Source: a bacterium | GTDB lineage: Bacteria; Eisenbacteria; RBG-16-71-46 | DNA: 64,000 nt | NCBI GenBank assembly: GCA_043779265.1 | Contig: JAYWEM010000001.1 | Coordinates: forward strand, 11,554 to 75,553 | Direction: 5' to 3' | Shown: positions 45,860 to 55,108 of the stretch, in pieces | Layout of the letters: every line of letters begins with the position of its first letter | Position numbering within the stretch: the stretch's first letter is position 1 | Program-made: the position numbers and the translations under genes | Notes under the pieces: generated by a model | What the model was told of the DNA's origin: nothing | Seen by the model: the letters and a program-made list of their open reading frames with translations, nothing else | Databases searched by the model: none

Positions 45860-46228
45860 ATGCGCCCGCTCGGCATGTCGGCCGACGGTATGGCCGTCCA
45901 GCAACGATTCCTCGAGGTCATCTCACGCAACCTCGCCAACGCCGAGGTGACGCGCACCGCCGAGGGCGGGCCGTTCAAGCGCCAGGTGGCGTCGCTCCAG
46001 GGGGGCGGCGAGGGCGCACGGCTCGAGGTCAGCCAGGATCCGCGGCCGGGCCGCATGCAGTACGACCCGAGTCATCCGGACGCGAACACCGATGGGTTCG
46101 TCGAGTACCCGAACGTCGACGTCAATCGCGAACTCGTGGACCTCATGCTCGCCCGTCGCGTGCACGAGGCGAACGTGAGCGTCTTCCAGGCCGCGAAGAG
46201 CATGCTCCGCCGCGCACTCGAGATCTGA
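45860..46228 (+). CDS. flgC: flagellar basal-body rod protein FlgC
   Basis: 'MSADGMAVQQRFLEVISRNLANAEVT...YDPSHPDANTDGFVEYPNVDVNRELVDLMLARRVHEANVSVFQAAKSML' is the FlgC signature. Start chosen at the ATG of 'MRPLGMS'. Confidence 0.8.
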   Translation: MRPLGMSADGMAVQQRFLEVISRNLANAEVTRTAEGGPFKRQVASLQGGGEGARLEVSQDPRPGRMQYDPSHPDANTDGFVEYPNVDVNRELVDLMLARRVHEANVSVFQAAKSMLRRALEI

Positions 46229-46238
46229 GGGAGAACGC

Positions 46239-46499
46239 ATGAGCATCCAAGGTCCGTCAGCCGCACCGAGTCGATTCCCGGAACTCCGTCCCGGCCGCCC
46301 GGGGCCTCCCGCGCAGGCTGCGGATCCCGCTCCGTCCGCCGCGAAGGCGCGCGAGGCTTCTCTATGGGAGACGCTGACCGACGACGAGCGCGCGTTCTTC
46401 GACCAGCAGGCCGCGCTCGGACCGCTCACGTACGGCAAGCAGCGTGCGGCCTCTGCTCCCGCGGCGCCGACCGGCCAGCGGCTCGATGTGAGGGCTTGA
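46239..46499 (+). CDS. hypothetical Pro/Ala-rich 86-aa protein inside the flagellar operon
   Basis: Good RBS (GGGAGAA-N5-ATG). Tightly packed between flgC (stop 46228) and fliE (start 46503). No family recognised. Confidence 0.35.
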   Translation: MSIQGPSAAPSRFPELRPGRPGPPAQAADPAPSAAKAREASLWETLTDDERAFFDQQAALGPLTYGKQRAASAPAAPTGQRLDVRA

Positions 46500-46502
46500 G
46501 CG

Positions 46503-46805
46503 ATGTCCGATCTGCGGATCGAGAGCGCACTGCGCGGGGCCTTCGAGCGGCCCGAGGTGGGCGGGGCGCCCGAGGCGGCCCCGAGCGGCTCGTCGTTCGC
46601 GGACCTGTTCTCACGCGCGGTCAATGACACCAGCGGCATGCAGGAGAACGCACAGGACATGATCGCCGCCTTTCTGCGCGGCGAGCCGGTCGAGCTGCAC
46701 CAGGTCATGGCAGCGAGCGAGGAAGCCGCGATCTCGCTCGAGCTGCTCGTGGAGATCCGCAACAAGCTCACGGATGCGTATCGCACCGTGATGAACCTCA
46801 GCTAG
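46503..46805 (+). CDS. fliE: flagellar hook-basal body complex protein FliE
   Basis: 'FLRGEPVELHQVMAASEEAAISLELLVEIRNKLTDAYRTVMNL' is the conserved FliE C-terminus. Confidence 0.75.
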   Translation: MSDLRIESALRGAFERPEVGGAPEAAPSGSSFADLFSRAVNDTSGMQENAQDMIAAFLRGEPVELHQVMAASEEAAISLELLVEIRNKLTDAYRTVMNLS

Positions 46806-46811
46806 GAGCCC

Positions 46812-48299
46812 ATGGCCGACTCCCCGCAGCCCCTCACCGAGATGTTCCGTGGCATGGATGCCACTCGCCGATTCGCCTTGGCGGGGGCACTGGTCGCCCT
46901 CGTGGTCGGGGTCGGCCTGGTCGGACGGTGGGCTTCCACGCCGACGTACGTGACGCTGTTCTCCGACCTCGAACTCAAAGAGTCCGGCGAGATCGCGGAT
47001 CGGCTCGCCAAGGCGAACATCCCCAACCGCCTCGAGGGCGGCGGGACGCTCATCCAGGTGCCGTCTGCGGATGCCGCACGAGCACGTGTCGCGCTCGCCA
47101 AGGATGGACTGCCTTCATCGGGTCGCCCCGGCCTCGAACTGTTCGACAAGCCCTCGTGGGGCATGACCGATTTCACGCAGCGCGTCACGTACCAGCGCGC
47201 GCTCGAAGGCGAACTCGCTCGGACGATCGGGCAGATCAAGGGTATCGAGCGCGCCGAGGTCCACCTGCTGATGCCCAACACCGACGGGCTCCGGCGCCGC
47301 AATCGCGATGCCGCGGCATCGGTCGTCCTGACGCTGCGTGGCGGTACGCCGCCGCAGGGCGAGACGGTGCAGGGCATCGCGTACATCGTGGCCAACAGTG
47401 TCGAGGGTCTGGCGGCGGACAACGTGGCGATCATGGATGACGCTGGCCGCGTGCTGTCGCTGCCGGCGCAGGGACTGGGCGGCGTCGGTCTGACCGGACG
47501 CCAGCAGGAGGTCTCGCGCGGGCTGGAGCAGCGCACGATCGAGAAGATCGAATCGCTGGTGGGGACGGTCGTCGGAGTCGGCCGCGTGCGTGCGCAGGTC
47601 TCGGCCATGGTCAGTTTCGATCAGGTCGATGCGACCATCGAGACGTTCGACCCGGATCGCCAGGTGCTGCAGAACGAGCAGCGCAGCGAGGGTGGGTCGT
47701 CGGATGGCACTGGGCAGCAGACCATCATCGCGAACCAGTATCAGAACTCGCGCCGTCTCGAGAAGAGCACCAGCCTTGCTGGTCGCCTGACCAAGCTGAC
47801 GGTCGCGGTGCTCGTCGACGAGCGCGCCATGCGGCCGGGCGAGAAGGAGCGTCAGCTCGGCGACATCGCCGTCATGGTGCGCAACGCCGTGGGTGTCGAT
47901 TCGACGCGCGGTGATCGCCTCGACGTGCTGGCCCTGCCGTTCGAGCCGGTGCAGAGCGCGGATTCGACCGCCCTGGCCAAGCCCGGAGTCGATCCGCTCG
48001 CGATGGTCGAGCGCGTGAGTCACCCGTTGATCGGCGTGATCGCGATCCTCGTCATGGTGTTCCTCGCCTTCCAGCTGCGATCGGTCCTGATGCCGCCGCG
48101 GCCGCGAGCGCTCGCCGCCGCCCGCGCCGGTGGGGGAGTGGAGGTGCTCTCGGCAGCGGGTCCGTCCGAGCCCGAGTTGTCGCCGGAGGCGCAGGAGATC
48201 CACCGCCTGAAGAGCAAGCTCCAGCAGGATTCGACGGACCGTCCTGATGTGACGGCCCAGGTCGTCAAGGCGTGGTTGACCGAGAGCCGCGGATCATGA
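46812..48299 (+). CDS. fliF: flagellar M-ring protein FliF
   Basis: N-terminal TM helix, 'LFSDLELKESGEIADRLAKANIP' and a C-terminal TM helix; ~495 aa. Confidence 0.9.
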   Translation: MADSPQPLTEMFRGMDATRRFALAGALVALVVGVGLVGRWASTPTYVTLFSDLELKESGEIADRLAKANIPNRLEGGGTLIQVPSADAARARVALAKDGLPSSGRPGLELFDKPSWGMTDFTQRVTYQRALEGELARTIGQIKGIERAEVHLLMPNTDGLRRRNRDAAASVVLTLRGGTPPQGETVQGIAYIVANSVEGLAADNVAIMDDAGRVLSLPAQGLGGVGLTGRQQEVSRGLEQRTIEKIESLVGTVVGVGRVRAQVSAMVSFDQVDATIETFDPDRQVLQNEQRSEGGSSDGTGQQTIIANQYQNSRRLEKSTSLAGRLTKLTVAVLVDERAMRPGEKERQLGDIAVMVRNAVGVDSTRGDRLDVLALPFEPVQSADSTALAKPGVDPLAMVERVSHPLIGVIAILVMVFLAFQLRSVLMPPRPRALAAARAGGGVEVLSAAGPSEPELSPEAQEIHRLKSKLQQDSTDRPDVTAQVVKAWLTESRGS

Positions 48300-49336
48300 A
48301 GCCGGCGACGGGACGTCAGCGCCTCGCCGAGGACACGCCGCTCTCCGGAGCACAGAAGAGCGCGGTGCTCTGCATGGCGCTCGGACCGGATCGGTCCGCC
48401 CGCATCCTGCAGATGCTCACCTCGCGTGAAGTCGAGGTCGTCTCACGCGAGATCGCCGCCATGCCGATCGTCGCTGCCGATCGACTGACCGGGGTCATCA
48501 CCGAGTTCCAGCAGGTGTCGAGGGCAGTCGAGTCAGTGGCCCGAGGCGGCATCGACTATGCGCAGCAGATCCTCGAGCAGGCGCTCGGGCCCCAGAAGGC
48601 GCAGGTCGTGTTCGAGCGCATCCAGGAGCAGCTCATCGACACCGGTCTCAAGCGGCTCCGCAACGCCGAGCCCGATGTGCTCGCCGGCATCCTGCGAGGC
48701 GAGCATCCCCAGACCATCGCCCTGATCCTCGCGCATCTCGAGGTGCGTCTCGCCTCGGGTGTGGTCCAGCACATGGACAGCGAGCTGGCGGCCGAAGTGC
48801 TCTACCGCGTGGCTCGGATGGACAAGATCGCGCCGGAGATGCTGATGCTGGTCGAGGCCGGACTGTCCAGCAAGACCGACCTGTCGCTGTCCGAGGAGAT
48901 GACGCTCTCCGGCGGACCTGAAACGGTGGCCAAGATGCTCAACCTGACCGGCGGAACGCTCGAGAAGCAGTTGCTCGAGACGATCGGCACGCGGAGCCAG
49001 GAAATCGCCGGTCAGATCAAGGCGCTGATGTTCGTCTTCGAGGATCTGTTGCTCGTCGATGGCCGTGGGATCCAGCGGGTGCTGCGCGACGTGGATACCA
49101 AGGACCTCGCTCTGGCTCTGAAGGCGGCGAGCGCCGAACTGAAGCAGCACATCATGAGCAACATGTCCGAACGTGCCGGTCAGGCGCTCACCGAGGAGAT
49201 CGAGATGATGGGCCCGGTGCGAGTCAAGGACGTCGAGGAGGCGCATGCCCGCATCGTCGAGGCGGTGCGCGCCCTGGCGGACTCCGGCGAGATCATGATC
49301 AGCGGTCGTGGAGGGGCGGATGACATCATCGCCTGA
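48296..49336 (+). CDS. fliG: flagellar motor switch protein FliG
   Basis: 'SGAQKSAVLCMALGPDRSARIL' and a C-terminal 'VRVKDVEEAHARIV' motor domain. ATGA overlap with fliF. Confidence 0.9.
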   Translation: MKPATGRQRLAEDTPLSGAQKSAVLCMALGPDRSARILQMLTSREVEVVSREIAAMPIVAADRLTGVITEFQQVSRAVESVARGGIDYAQQILEQALGPQKAQVVFERIQEQLIDTGLKRLRNAEPDVLAGILRGEHPQTIALILAHLEVRLASGVVQHMDSELAAEVLYRVARMDKIAPEMLMLVEAGLSSKTDLSLSEEMTLSGGPETVAKMLNLTGGTLEKQLLETIGTRSQEIAGQIKALMFVFEDLLLVDGRGIQRVLRDVDTKDLALALKAASAELKQHIMSNMSERAGQALTEEIEMMGPVRVKDVEEAHARIVEAVRALADSGEIMISGRGGADDIIA

Positions 49337-49970
49337 GCGCTCGAACTGGCAGCCCTTCGCGCTCGCGATCGCCGAGCACGACGGGGGCATGAGGCTGGTG
49401 ACGGCCACTCCTGCGTCCGCGAATCCGATTCCCGACTGGCCTCCCGCGCTGAGGGCGCCGAGCGAGGAGATCGCGGCGCAGGCGCACGATCACTCCTTCC
49501 GATCGGGATACGAGTCCGCGCTCGATGAGGAGCGCGGACGACTCGAGGGCGAGGCGCGCGTCGCCCTCGGGGTCGTCGCCCGCGTTGCCGAGCAGTTGGT
49601 GACGCTGCAGACGGACTTCGCTCGCGACCGTGAACGCGACCTGCACACCCTGGCGGTCGCGATCGCCCGGCAGGTGGTGCAGCACGAACTGACGATCTCG
49701 CCCGAGCGACTGACATCGCTGATCCAGGCGGCGATCGAGTTGTTGCCGCATGACCCGCGCATCGAAGTGCACCTGCACCCGAGCGATCTCGCCGCTCTCG
49801 GCGACGCACTGGCGGGCCTCGTTCCCTCGGGTCGCGGACTCGATCTGGTGTGGACGCCCGACTCCACGATGGAGCGAGGCGGGTTCCTGCTCGAGACGCC
49901 ACAGCGGATCATCGATGGCCGCGCCGACGTCGCCTTGCGTGAACTCTGGGAGCGACTGGGCCATGACTGA
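49320..49970 (+). CDS. fliH: flagellar assembly protein FliH
   Basis: Position between fliG and fliI. 'GYESALDEERGRLEGEA...' coiled-coil and a C-terminal FliH/YscL-like segment. Start could also be the GTG at 49308. Confidence 0.65.
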   Translation: MTSSPERSNWQPFALAIAEHDGGMRLVTATPASANPIPDWPPALRAPSEEIAAQAHDHSFRSGYESALDEERGRLEGEARVALGVVARVAEQLVTLQTDFARDRERDLHTLAVAIARQVVQHELTISPERLTSLIQAAIELLPHDPRIEVHLHPSDLAALGDALAGLVPSGRGLDLVWTPDSTMERGGFLLETPQRIIDGRADVALRELWERLGHD

Positions 49971-51309
49971 CACGATCCACGGGATGAGTGCCGCGCTCGA
50001 GCGCATCGCCGGCGAGCCTCGGTTCCGCGTGTTCGGTCGCGTGACGCGCGTGATCGGCCAGGTCGTCGAGACCAGCTCGCTCCCGGTCGCCGTTGGCGAC
50101 GTGTGTCGGATCGCGCCCGATGCGGAGCGCGGCATCCTCGCGCAGGTCGCCGGCTTCCATGATCGCGGCGTCATGCTCATGCCGCTGGGTGAACTCGAGG
50201 GCGTGCAGCCAGGGGCCACGGTGATCCCGCTCGGCCGGGCGTTCCATGCTCGCGCCAGCGAGTCGCTTATCGGGCGTGTCCTCGACGGACTCGGCCGTCC
50301 CATGGACGGCGGCCGGCCGCTGGGACCGTCCCGCGACATCCCACTCTCGGCCGAGCCTCCGAATCCTCTCGAGCGTCCGCGCATCCGCGAACCGCTCACC
50401 ACCGGCGTGCGCGCGATCGACGGGCTGCTCACACTCGGCCGCGGCCAGCGCGTCGGCATCCTGGCGGGCTCGGGCGTGGGCAAGAGCGTGCTGCTGGGCA
50501 TGATCGCGCGCCACACGAATGCCGACATCAACGTCATCGCACTGCTCGGGGAGCGAGGTCGTGAGGTCCGCGAGTTCATCGAGCGAGACCTGGGTCCCGA
50601 GGGCCTGGCGCGCTCGGTCGTGATCGTCGCCACCAGCGATCAGTCGGCGGTGGTCCGCGCGACGGGCGCCCTGGTCGCGACCGCGATCGCCGAGTACTTC
50701 CGGGACACCGGTCGCGATGTGCTGCTGATGATGGACTCCGTCACCCGCGTCGCGATGGCGTGGCGCGAGATGGGGCTGGCCGTCGGAGAACCGCCCACCA
50801 CCAAAGGCTACCCGCCTTCGGCGTTCGCGCAGTTGCCTCGGCTTCTCGAGCGAGCGGGCACGTCGTCGAAGGGGAGCATCACCGGGCTGTACACGGTGTT
50901 GGTCGAGGGCGACGACTTCAACGAGCCGATCGCCGATGCGGCCCGCTCGATCCTCGACGGCCACATCGTGCTCAGTCGCCGTCTGGCGAGTGCCAAGCAC
51001 TTTCCCGCGATCGACGTGCTCGAGAGCGTGAGCCGCGTTCGCGACGAAGTAACGCCGCCCGAGGCGCTGGAGGCAGCCGACTCGTTCCTCAAGCTCGAGT
51101 CCGCCTATCGGTCGCATGAGGACCTGATCGCTGTTGGAGCCTACAAGGGCGGTGCGGACCCGCAGGTGGACGCCGCCATCGCATCGCGCGCGCGGATGCT
51201 GACTTTCCTCCGCCAGTCCCCGGTGGATGCCACGAAGCTGAGCGAGACGCGGAGCCGCCTGACCGAGTTGCGCGCCCTCGCCGAACGCCCGCGCATGGAG
51301 GTGTCATGA
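49963..51309 (+). CDS. fliI: flagellum-specific ATP synthase FliI
   Basis: Walker A 'GSGVGKSVLL' and Walker B 'VLLMMDSVTR'; F1/T3SS ATPase fold. Overlaps fliH by 8 nt. Confidence 0.9.
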   Translation: MTDTIHGMSAALERIAGEPRFRVFGRVTRVIGQVVETSSLPVAVGDVCRIAPDAERGILAQVAGFHDRGVMLMPLGELEGVQPGATVIPLGRAFHARASESLIGRVLDGLGRPMDGGRPLGPSRDIPLSAEPPNPLERPRIREPLTTGVRAIDGLLTLGRGQRVGILAGSGVGKSVLLGMIARHTNADINVIALLGERGREVREFIERDLGPEGLARSVVIVATSDQSAVVRATGALVATAIAEYFRDTGRDVLLMMDSVTRVAMAWREMGLAVGEPPTTKGYPPSAFAQLPRLLERAGTSSKGSITGLYTVLVEGDDFNEPIADAARSILDGHIVLSRRLASAKHFPAIDVLESVSRVRDEVTPPEALEAADSFLKLESAYRSHEDLIAVGAYKGGADPQVDAAIASRARMLTFLRQSPVDATKLSETRSRLTELRALAERPRMEVS

Positions 51310-51758
51310 AGCGATTCCAGTTCCGGCTCGACCGCCTGCTCTGGCTGAGGGAGAAGGCCGAGCAGCAGGAAGCGGCGGCTCTGGGCACGGCGATGAGCGA
51401 CGAGCGTCGAGAGCGGGATCGGCTCGCGCGTGCAGACGCGATGGAGACGAAAGCGGCCGAGCAGGCGGCGGCGACCAGTTCCTCGGGAACGGTCATCGCG
51501 GGGGCGCGCGCGCATCTCGATCTGGCGCGCGAAGCGGCGGCGCGGATGGCGGAGGGCGCGAGCGAGGACGTGGCTGCCGCTACGGCTCGCACCGAGGCGG
51601 CGCGTGAGTTGTTCGGAGAGAAGCGCAAGGACCGGCGCGCAGTCGAGCGCCTGAAGGAACAGCGTCAAACGGCGTGGCACGAGGAGTTCGGCCGCGAGGA
51701 CCGCAAGACCATGGACGACGTGGCCCAGAGGCTGCGCACGACGGAAGGGAACCGATGA
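51306..51758 (+). CDS. fliJ: flagellar export chaperone-like protein FliJ
   Basis: 150-aa coiled-coil protein immediately after fliI, with ATGA overlaps on both sides ('FQFRLDRLLWLREKAEQQE'). Confidence 0.6.
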   Translation: MKRFQFRLDRLLWLREKAEQQEAAALGTAMSDERRERDRLARADAMETKAAEQAAATSSSGTVIAGARAHLDLAREAAARMAEGASEDVAAATARTEAARELFGEKRKDRRAVERLKEQRQTAWHEEFGREDRKTMDDVAQRLRTTEGNR

Positions 51759-52393
51759 AACTCGTGATCTTCGGCGCGGTCGCTCTGGTGGTGGGACTGG
51801 CGGGCGGCACGGGGGCGCGTGTGTTCACGTCGCCCGCACTGCCTGCTGGCGCGGACTCGCTCATCGCAGTGGCGGACTCGCTCTACAAGTGGAAGGCGGC
51901 GAACGGCGGAGCGGGGCACGACGCCCATGGAGCCACCGCGAATGCCGACGCTCACGCCGACGCTCACGCCGATGCTCATGCCGTCGGGCACGGCGGTGAG
52001 GCGCACGGCGCCGTGCCGGCGGCGATCGCGCAAGGCGCAGGGGATCCGCATGCCGTCGCAGCGGCCGCCGCAGCGCACGGTTCGGACTCGCGCCCGGACA
52101 CCGTGGCCGCAGCCGTCAAGCCGCCCGCTCCCGTCCATGAACAGCCGGCTCCACCCAAGGTGGCCGAGGGTCCTGGACCCGAACGCTACAAGCGGGTGGG
52201 CAGCATCCTGCTCAGCATGAAGCCCGCCGAGGCGGCCGAGGTCATCACCTATCTCGACAACCAGCAGGTCCAGGGACTGCTTGAGGCCATGGGGCCGAGG
52301 CAGGCTGCCCAGATCCTGTCGCAGCTTCCGGCCGAGCGAGCCGCCGCTCTCTCCAAGCGGCTACTCGCATCGCCTCATCCGGAGCCGCGGTGA
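51755..52393 (+). CDS. flagellar MgtE-N-domain protein (FlbB/MotE-like) with His-rich repeat
   Basis: N-terminal signal/TM segment. C-terminal 'LLSMKPAEAAEVITYLDNQQVQGLLEAMGPRQAAQILSQLP' (MgtE_N-like). Central (ADAH)n repeat. Confidence 0.5.
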   Translation: MKLVIFGAVALVVGLAGGTGARVFTSPALPAGADSLIAVADSLYKWKAANGGAGHDAHGATANADAHADAHADAHAVGHGGEAHGAVPAAIAQGAGDPHAVAAAAAAHGSDSRPDTVAAAVKPPAPVHEQPAPPKVAEGPGPERYKRVGSILLSMKPAEAAEVITYLDNQQVQGLLEAMGPRQAAQILSQLPAERAAALSKRLLASPHPEPR

Positions 52394-54261
52394 GCAGCGC
52401 ACTGCCTCCCATCGTGCCGGCCGAGCCGCCGGCGCATCGCGCCGCCGCGCCTGAGGATGTCGTCGATTCGGGCGCGTTCGAACGCGCGCTCGGGCTCGCG
52501 GCGAGCGCACACGCGCCTGTCGTGGTGCCCGCGCGGGCGCTGCCCATCTCGCTGCCCATGTCGCCGGTCCAGGAGGGCGAGGCGCGACTGCCGGGGGAGT
52601 CGCAGCTCCCGGCCGACTCCGGATCCGGAGCGTCGTCGTCCGTCCCCGTGATGGTGACGGTGCCACGCGACGGACACCTCGGAGATCCGATCGGCTCGAC
52701 CGCATTCCGCTTCCCGCAACCGGGCCCGGAGCGTGCGCCGATGTCGGGTCCTCCGCCTCACGAGGCGCAACCGATGGTCGAGGGCAGGCACGGCTCGCCG
52801 AGTGATGCGCACCGAAGGGGCGCTGCGATGCCCGCATCGGACCTGGATCCGCTTCGCACTCCGCAGCAGGACTCGTCGGCGGGGACTCGCGGCTCGACTC
52901 CCGCCATGCCGATCGGGCAGCGGGTCCAGCTCGCCGCGGATGGGTTTCCGCTGCCTGCTCCGGCGAGCGATTCGGGGGACGTGCCGACGTCGCGGTTCGC
53001 CATCCGCGCGCCGCTCCGTGAGGCTCCGGTCGCACCGCTTCGCACGCCACCCGTCCGCGATCCCGTGGAACAGGTCCCCACGACGCATGAGGCGGGCGAG
53101 TCCGCGCCCGTGGTCCGCGCGCTGCCCGCCGCACTTGCGCTCGATGTGCGCGTGATCGCCTCACGCATCGCACCCGCGCTGCGCCGTGGAGGCATGCTCG
53201 ATGCGGAGCGTCCGCGCGCGATCGCAGCGCAGCCACAGGCGAGTGCATCGCCACGCACTCTCGAGCCCAACCCTGCTCAGGTCGCTCCCCGGGCAGCCGG
53301 CGAACTCCTCATGCGCCTGGGGCAGCCGTTGTTCGAGGCGGACGCCTCGGCGCCTGCAACCGTCGATCCATCCGTCCCGAGTGAGCGTCCGCTCCCGGCT
53401 GCATCGGTGCTCCACGCCACGTCTTCGACGCGATTCCCGCTCATGGCGGCGCACGCGTTCGAGTCCGCATCGATCGCCCCGGTCGAATCGTCGGCTGTCC
53501 CGCCCCCGGCAGCGGTCCGTGCGAGCTCGGAGCCGTCGAGTCCGGACGCGACGATGCGCGCAGCCGATTCCGAGTCAGCGGAGGAGACGTCGATCCCACG
53601 CACGAGTCCTCCCGTCGCACGCACGGTGGCGCACTCGACGATGCAGCAGGGACAGGAGCGGTCCGGACAGCGGAAGCGTGAACAGGCGGCACCGGCGCCC
53701 GCTGCCGTCGCTGCGTCGGGCGCTGCGACCGAGCCGGCGACCCAGCCGATCGCTCTCGCAAGCCCGAGCGTTCCGGCTCCAGCCGCCGGTGCTTCGCTCG
53801 GGACGGCCGATGCCGCCGGCACTCCCGGAGCCGACTCGGCAACGCTCCAGCGCGCTGAGGCGGCGCTCCTGTCGCGATTGAGCCCGGAGCGCCGTGCCGC
53901 CGACCAGGTGACGCTGCGCTTCGAGGGCGAGGGCGGTCTGGAGGGACGATTGCGCGTGAGCGTGAGGGGCGATCAGGTGCACGCGCGATTCCTCACCGAG
54001 GACGCGAAGACGATGGAGCGCCTCAGCGGCGAGATGCGATCGCTGCAGCGATCGCTCGAGGAGCGGGGATTCCGCGATGCCCGCGTGTCGATTCAGGACC
54101 TGCGCACACCGGCTGGTGCAGAAGCACGGCCTGATGCGCGCAGTGCAGAGGAGCGCCGGCAGGGAGAGCCGGGGCGTCGTCATTCAGGGGGTGAGCAACA
54201 CGAGGACTCCGGGCCGGATGGCCATCGGGGTCGTCGCAACGCACGAGAGGGGAGGCGCTGA
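52390..54261 (+). CDS. fliK: flagellar hook-length control protein FliK
   Basis: Long Pro/Ala-rich low-complexity body. C-terminal Flg_hook domain 'VTLRFEGEGGLEGRLRVSVRGDQVHARFLTEDAKTMERL'. Confidence 0.7.
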   Translation: MSSALPPIVPAEPPAHRAAAPEDVVDSGAFERALGLAASAHAPVVVPARALPISLPMSPVQEGEARLPGESQLPADSGSGASSSVPVMVTVPRDGHLGDPIGSTAFRFPQPGPERAPMSGPPPHEAQPMVEGRHGSPSDAHRRGAAMPASDLDPLRTPQQDSSAGTRGSTPAMPIGQRVQLAADGFPLPAPASDSGDVPTSRFAIRAPLREAPVAPLRTPPVRDPVEQVPTTHEAGESAPVVRALPAALALDVRVIASRIAPALRRGGMLDAERPRAIAAQPQASASPRTLEPNPAQVAPRAAGELLMRLGQPLFEADASAPATVDPSVPSERPLPAASVLHATSSTRFPLMAAHAFESASIAPVESSAVPPPAAVRASSEPSSPDATMRAADSESAEETSIPRTSPPVARTVAHSTMQQGQERSGQRKREQAAPAPAAVAASGAATEPATQPIALASPSVPAPAAGASLGTADAAGTPGADSATLQRAEAALLSRLSPERRAADQVTLRFEGEGGLEGRLRVSVRGDQVHARFLTEDAKTMERLSGEMRSLQRSLEERGFRDARVSIQDLRTPAGAEARPDARSAEERRQGEPGRRHSGGEQHEDSGPDGHRGRRNAREGRR

Positions 54262-54263
54262 GC

Positions 54264-55052
54264 ATGATCACGCCCATCACGAATCCGGAGTTCTTCAACG
54301 CGACCGGCACCGGCGCGCCGTCGGCGCCCAAGAAGGAACTCGACAAGGACGCGTTCCTCACGCTGCTGATCCGGCAGCTGAAGAACCAGGATCCACTGAG
54401 CCCGTTGCAGCCGCATGAACTCGCGGCCCAGTTGGCGCAGTTCAGCAGCGTCGAGCAGCTCAGCAATCTCAATGCCTCGATGGCGGCACAGACCCTCGCG
54501 AGCCAGATGGCGGCACTCGTCGGTCAGACGGCGCTGTCGGCGTCGCTGCTCGGGCGCGATGTCGTGGCCTATGGATCGCAGGTGAACGTCACGTCCGGCA
54601 CGACCCCGAGCGTGCGTATCGACGTGGGCGGCGCCGGCGGTCAGGGCACGCTGTCGCTCAAGGACTCGACGGGTCGGGTGATCGCCACGCGCGAACTCGG
54701 TCGTGTCGGGCCCGGCATGCAGAATCTGGCGCTTCCCAACGATCTGCCCGCAGGCAACTGGACCTACGAGGTCAAGGTCCGCTCGGGCGATCGGGATGTG
54801 CCGGTGACGAGGTTCACGAGCGGCACCGTGAGCGCCGTGGAGTTCAAGAACGGGCGCATCGTGCTCAAGCTCGGAACGCTCGAGATCTCGCTCGATGACC
54901 TGCTGCAGATCGAGAGCGGCGGCCAGGTCACGACCACAGGCGGCGGCGGCACGGGAGGCACCGGCGGCACCGGTGGCACCGGCGGTGGCGACGTGCCGGG
55001 TCAGACCGACGATCCGCTGGAACGCCTGCGACGAGCCATCCGAGCGTACTGA
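54264..55052 (+). CDS. flgD: flagellar hook capping/assembly protein FlgD
   Basis: 'KKELDKDAFLTLLIRQLKNQDPLSPLQPHELAAQLAQFSSVEQL' is the FlgD N-terminal signature; Ig-like middle; Gly/Thr repeat near the C-terminus. Confidence 0.85.
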   Translation: MITPITNPEFFNATGTGAPSAPKKELDKDAFLTLLIRQLKNQDPLSPLQPHELAAQLAQFSSVEQLSNLNASMAAQTLASQMAALVGQTALSASLLGRDVVAYGSQVNVTSGTTPSVRIDVGGAGGQGTLSLKDSTGRVIATRELGRVGPGMQNLALPNDLPAGNWTYEVKVRSGDRDVPVTRFTSGTVSAVEFKNGRIVLKLGTLEISLDDLLQIESGGQVTTTGGGGTGGTGGTGGTGGGDVPGQTDDPLERLRRAIRAY

Positions 55053-55108
55053 GACCTTCACACCACACGATCACGAAGTCCTCACCATCCCGAGGAGGGA
55101 ACACCATC

